From the NCBI GenBank assembly GCA_034408725.1, contig JAWXCN010000212.1:1-19631 (forward strand): a stretch of 19,631 nt of DNA, written 5' to 3'. The translations under genes and the position numbers were made by a program. This stretch comes from Candidatus Hydrogenedentota bacterium. Its GTDB lineage: Bacteria > Hydrogenedentota > Hydrogenedentia > Hydrogenedentales > SLHB01. The notes under the pieces are model-generated. The model ran no database searches. It saw nothing but the letters and a program-made list of their open reading frames with translations, and was not told where the DNA came from. This document shows, piece by piece, positions 16,587-19,631 of this stretch (positions are counted from its first letter, which is position 1; each line of letters opens with the position of its first letter).

Positions 16587-17516
16587 ATGAAGTGGGAGAA
16601 AAAAGGGGTCGTTTTTGCACCCGAGAGAAACTATGACTGGATGATGTCACATGCTTCCTTGCCAGTCGCAGACTGCATTTCCGAGGATAGGATACGCATA
16701 TATTTTGGTTGCCGCGATGAGAATGGAAAATCCCATACGAGCTATTTAGAAGTTGCCGCGGACAATCCTGGCGAAGTCCTCTACGTTCATGATCGGCCGG
16801 TATTACAATGGGGATCGCCTGGCACCTTCGATGATTCCGGAATAATGCCATCCTGGATTCTGAATCATGGTGGGCGGAAGTATCTTTATTACATTGGTTG
16901 GAATCCGCAGGTGACCGTTTCCTATCGGCTCTCGATTGGGTTGGCGGTGAGCGACGATGGCGGCAAAACATTCGAAAAATACTCGATCGGACCTATCTGC
17001 GACCGCGCGATTGACGAACCATTTTTCAATACCGCTCCGTGTGTAATCAAGGAATCTGATCATTGGCGAATGTGGTATATCTCCTGCACCGGCTGGGAGA
17101 CTATCGATGGTCATGCGGAGCCACACTACCATGTAAAATACGCGGAATCGGAAGACGGGATTTACTGGGTAAAAACCGGCAAGGTTTGTATTGACTACGA
17201 TAGTTTCGCCGGGGCGATTGGACGGCCCTGTGTATTTAAGGATGCGGGTCTTTATAAAATGATCTACTCGTATCGCTCCGTGAAGGACTATCGAACGAAA
17301 AGGGAGCAGAGTTACCGCCTTGGCTACGCCGAATCAAAAAACGGAACGGACTGGGTTCGGAAAGACAGCGAAGTCGGTATAGAGCGTTCAGAGAACGGTT
17401 GGGATGCTGACATGATGCAGTACTGCCACTATTATAAACGTGGCGACGGCGCTTACCTGTTTTATAATGGGAATGGGTTTGGAAAGACAGGGTTTGGATA
17501 CGCTGTTCTTACATGA
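16587..17516 (+). CDS. Five-bladed beta-propeller glycoside hydrolase-like protein (GH130/GH32/GH43 clan-like), cytoplasmic
   Basis: Repeated blade motifs GTFDDSG, IGLAVSDDGGKTF, YAESEDGIYW, GYAESKNGTDW and YLFYNGNGFGKTGFGYA. No signal peptide. Confidence 0.75.
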   Translation: MKWEKKGVVFAPERNYDWMMSHASLPVADCISEDRIRIYFGCRDENGKSHTSYLEVAADNPGEVLYVHDRPVLQWGSPGTFDDSGIMPSWILNHGGRKYLYYIGWNPQVTVSYRLSIGLAVSDDGGKTFEKYSIGPICDRAIDEPFFNTAPCVIKESDHWRMWYISCTGWETIDGHAEPHYHVKYAESEDGIYWVKTGKVCIDYDSFAGAIGRPCVFKDAGLYKMIYSYRSVKDYRTKREQSYRLGYAESKNGTDWVRKDSEVGIERSENGWDADMMQYCHYYKRGDGAYLFYNGNGFGKTGFGYAVLT

Positions 17517-17530
17517 GGGTTAGGAAAGCG

Positions 17531-18718
17531 TCAAGAAACAGAAAGCTCCTGACACTTACGGATGACATTCGCGATGTGACGCGCAACGTTCAGATCGAGA
17601 CTGCCGTAAATGGGAATGCACAGGATTTCGCGCGCGGCTTTTTCGGCTACGGGCAGGTTTGCGGATCGTGAGGATGGAAGCGCGGCGTAACACGGATATT
17701 GCGAGCAGAGGGGATAGAAGTATTTTCTGGTATGGATATTGAATTTCTTGAGCGCAAGGTACAGTGCATCGCGTGACATGCCGAACCGATCGCTGTCAAT
17801 GGCAATGGGGAAATACGCGAAGTTTTCTCGGGTATGTGCGTTCGGTATCAAGAGTTTTACGCCCGGAATTCCGCTGAGTAATTCGCGGTAAAGCCCGGCG
17901 ATCTGTCTCCGCCTCTCGATCTCGTTATCGACATCTTTGAGTTGGAGCAGGCCAAAGGCCGCCTGAAATTCGTTCATTTTCCCATTGATTCCGGGACCGA
18001 TGACCGTTTCTTCATCGGCGATTCCAAAATTTTTCAGTGAGTTAACGCGTTTTCTTTGGGCTTCGTTGTGCAGAACGAGCGCCCCGCCCTCAATTGTTGT
18101 GAAGAGTTTCGTCGCATGAAAACTCAGCATGGATATATCACCGAAGTCCGCCAAGGCGCGACCTTTGTACTTTACACCGAAGGCGTGTGCCGCATCGTAT
18201 ATGACATGAAGACCATGACGGTCCGCGATGGCCTGAATGGCGTCAACATCGCAGGGCGTCCCATAGACGTGTACAGCCAGGATTGCCTTTGTATCCGATC
18301 CAATATGCCGTTCTATTTTCGCGGGGTCGAGGTTGAACGTTTTTGGGTCAATGTCTGCAAACACCGGAGTGACGCGATTCCAATGTAATACGTGGGGAGT
18401 GGCAGGAAAGGTGAAGGGGGTCGTTATGACTTCCCCGCTGGTGATTCGCAGCGCCTGGAGCGCGACCAGCAGAGCTATAGCACCGTTACAAAACAGACTG
18501 AGGTGTTCGATGTCCAAGTAATTGGCAAGTTCAGACTCGAGTTCGGCGTGCAAAACGCCCCCGTTCGTTAGCCATTTGCGTTCCCAAATTCCTTTGAGGA
18601 GGTCGCCGTATGCGTCGAGGCTTGGCAATGATGGTTGCGTGACGTACACCGTCTCTGGAAGCCTAAACTCGGAAACGAGGGCATCGATTTCCTGTTCGCG
18701 CTTGGTAGAGTCAGTCAT
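17531..18718 (-). CDS. vioA: DegT/DnrJ/EryC1/StrS aminotransferase, VioA-like (dTDP-4-amino-4,6-dideoxyglucose transaminase)
   Basis: VTQPSLP...IW..KWLTN.G..H.ELE, ALQALRI, VITTPFTF.AT, IYDAAHAFG, SFHATK (PLP lysine), LKNFGIADE.TV..PGINGKM and RKYFYPL. These match the VioA subfamily as I recall it; the exact substrate is inferred. Confidence 0.9.
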   Translation of the reverse strand: MTDSTKREQEIDALVSEFRLPETVYVTQPSLPSLDAYGDLLKGIWERKWLTNGGVLHAELESELANYLDIEHLSLFCNGAIALLVALQALRITSGEVITTPFTFPATPHVLHWNRVTPVFADIDPKTFNLDPAKIERHIGSDTKAILAVHVYGTPCDVDAIQAIADRHGLHVIYDAAHAFGVKYKGRALADFGDISMLSFHATKLFTTIEGGALVLHNEAQRKRVNSLKNFGIADEETVIGPGINGKMNEFQAAFGLLQLKDVDNEIERRRQIAGLYRELLSGIPGVKLLIPNAHTRENFAYFPIAIDSDRFGMSRDALYLALKKFNIHTRKYFYPLCSQYPCYAALPSSRSANLPVAEKAAREILCIPIYGSLDLNVARHIANVIRKCQELSVS

Positions 18719-18936
18719 TCATATTTCCGCGTGTGTTTGGTTGACCTGCCTGGTTGGCATGGTAACGCACCGGATACAGGCATGCAACTCGACTCGAAAT
18801 ACTATGGCTCCCCAAAAACATTGCTTTTAACTGGCAAAAATGGGGTAGACTGCAATTGATTTATGGAGTACAGTAGATGAACGTTCTGATTGCGGGCCGC
18901 TGCCCGGATCGCCCTGGATATGTGTCAAAAACGGAG

Positions 18937-18965
18937 TTGCCGGAATGTCGATTGGGGTGTAGGAT
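18937..18965 (+). promoter_or_regulatory. Candidate sigma70-type promoter for the 19032 gene
   Basis: TTGCCG (18937-18942) - 17 bp - TAGGAT (18960-18965), about 67 bp upstream of ATG 19032. Confidence 0.3.
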
Positions 18966-19031
18966 AGTGGTCTATTGCGGGAACGCGCGGACAGGGAATT
19001 TTAAGCCGCACATCGAAAGGGAGCAAGATCA

Positions 19032-19631
19032 ATGAAACGGTTGAATTGTCTGACTATGTATGCCATTGCGGCAATCGTCCTGTTTTGTGGCGGGTTTGCG
19101 AACGCCGTGGAACTGGGTGATCCTAATGTGACGGTGACAGACGGCAACGTCTCCATTACGAACACGGGTGGAGCTTTTATCTCCAGGTTAGATGTAAATT
19201 CCCCTACCGCACTTACGGGTTCCACCCCGATTCGAATGACGGTCGGACATTCCGGAGCACGATTCTTCATGCAAGCCTACGGAAGCGGCGCAGCCGGCAA
19301 TTTGCAGAATGCGGCCACTCTCGGAGCAGTTGCTTCTCGCCTCCTGATTGGCGCCGATGCTGGCGCGTCGGTGATGTTCTATTCAAACGGTCAATTCGCG
19401 ACTGGGCCTGGTCACTTGTTTATTCAGGGCACGCCTGGCGCGACGATGGGCTTCGTTGGAATTGGCAACAATGCTCCGACTACGAAGCTGGATGTTACGG
19501 GCGAGGTGAAGATGACCGTTGCGAACATCACGGGCGGCAGCGATTTGGCGGAGAAGTTCGAGGTGCGCACGGTTGCCAACACGAAGATTGAGCCGGGGAT
19601 GGTGGTGTGCATTGATCCGGACAAGCCGGGA
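19032..19631 (+). CDS. Secreted tail-fibre/tail-spike-like protein with the start of a probable Peptidase G2 (intramolecular chaperone autocleavage) domain; 3' partial
   Basis: Hand-translated as 200 open codons to the window edge; absent from the ORF track. RBS AAAGGGGAG. Signal peptide MKRLNCLTMYAIAAIVLFCGGFANA-V, then a Gly/Thr-rich beta region, GFVGIGNNAPTTKLDVTG, and ITGGSDLAEKF...IEPGMVVCIDPDKPG. Confidence 0.85.
   Translation, partial: MKRLNCLTMYAIAAIVLFCGGFANAVELGDPNVTVTDGNVSITNTGGAFISRLDVNSPTALTGSTPIRMTVGHSGARFFMQAYGSGAAGNLQNAATLGAVASRLLIGADAGASVMFYSNGQFATGPGHLFIQGTPGATMGFVGIGNNAPTTKLDVTGEVKMTVANITGGSDLAEKFEVRTVANTKIEPGMVVCIDPDKPG

Noticed and set aside
19001..19624. Minus-strand ORFs 19001-19270 and 19424-19624
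   Set aside because: They are antisense shadows of the + strand gene starting at 19032, which has an RBS, a signal peptide and recognisable motifs.

Overview
Bacterial chromosomal window, GC-rich except for a visibly AT-richer block at about 12.2-18.8 kb. The gene content (DUF1549/DUF1553 plus DUF1501, ceramidase-like hydrolase, GT-C proteins) suggests a PVC- or Hydrogenedentes-like organism, which is an inference. Left part: a planctomycete-type cytochrome c/DUF1549/DUF1553 gene, a Tat-exported DUF1501 gene, a REP-like tandem repeat, and a secreted neutral-ceramidase-family hydrolase with a candidate sigma54 promoter. Middle and right: an ~11.7 kb surface glycosylation locus. It holds two divergent GT-C membrane glycosyltransferases, a lipoprotein whose beta-sandwich domain is paralogous to the C-terminal domain of one GT-C, a flippase-like LPG-synthase TM protein, an ArnC-like GT2, a GNAT, a SAM methyltransferase, a NeuD-like acetyltransferase, a beta-propeller GH-like protein and a VioA-like aminotransferase. 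The window ends inside a secreted tail-spike-like protein with a probable Peptidase G2 autocleaving chaperone domain, which the ORF track misses. Two otherwise intact genes each carry one in-frame stop (TAG in DUF1501, TAA in GT2) with conserved coding sequence continuing beyond it.
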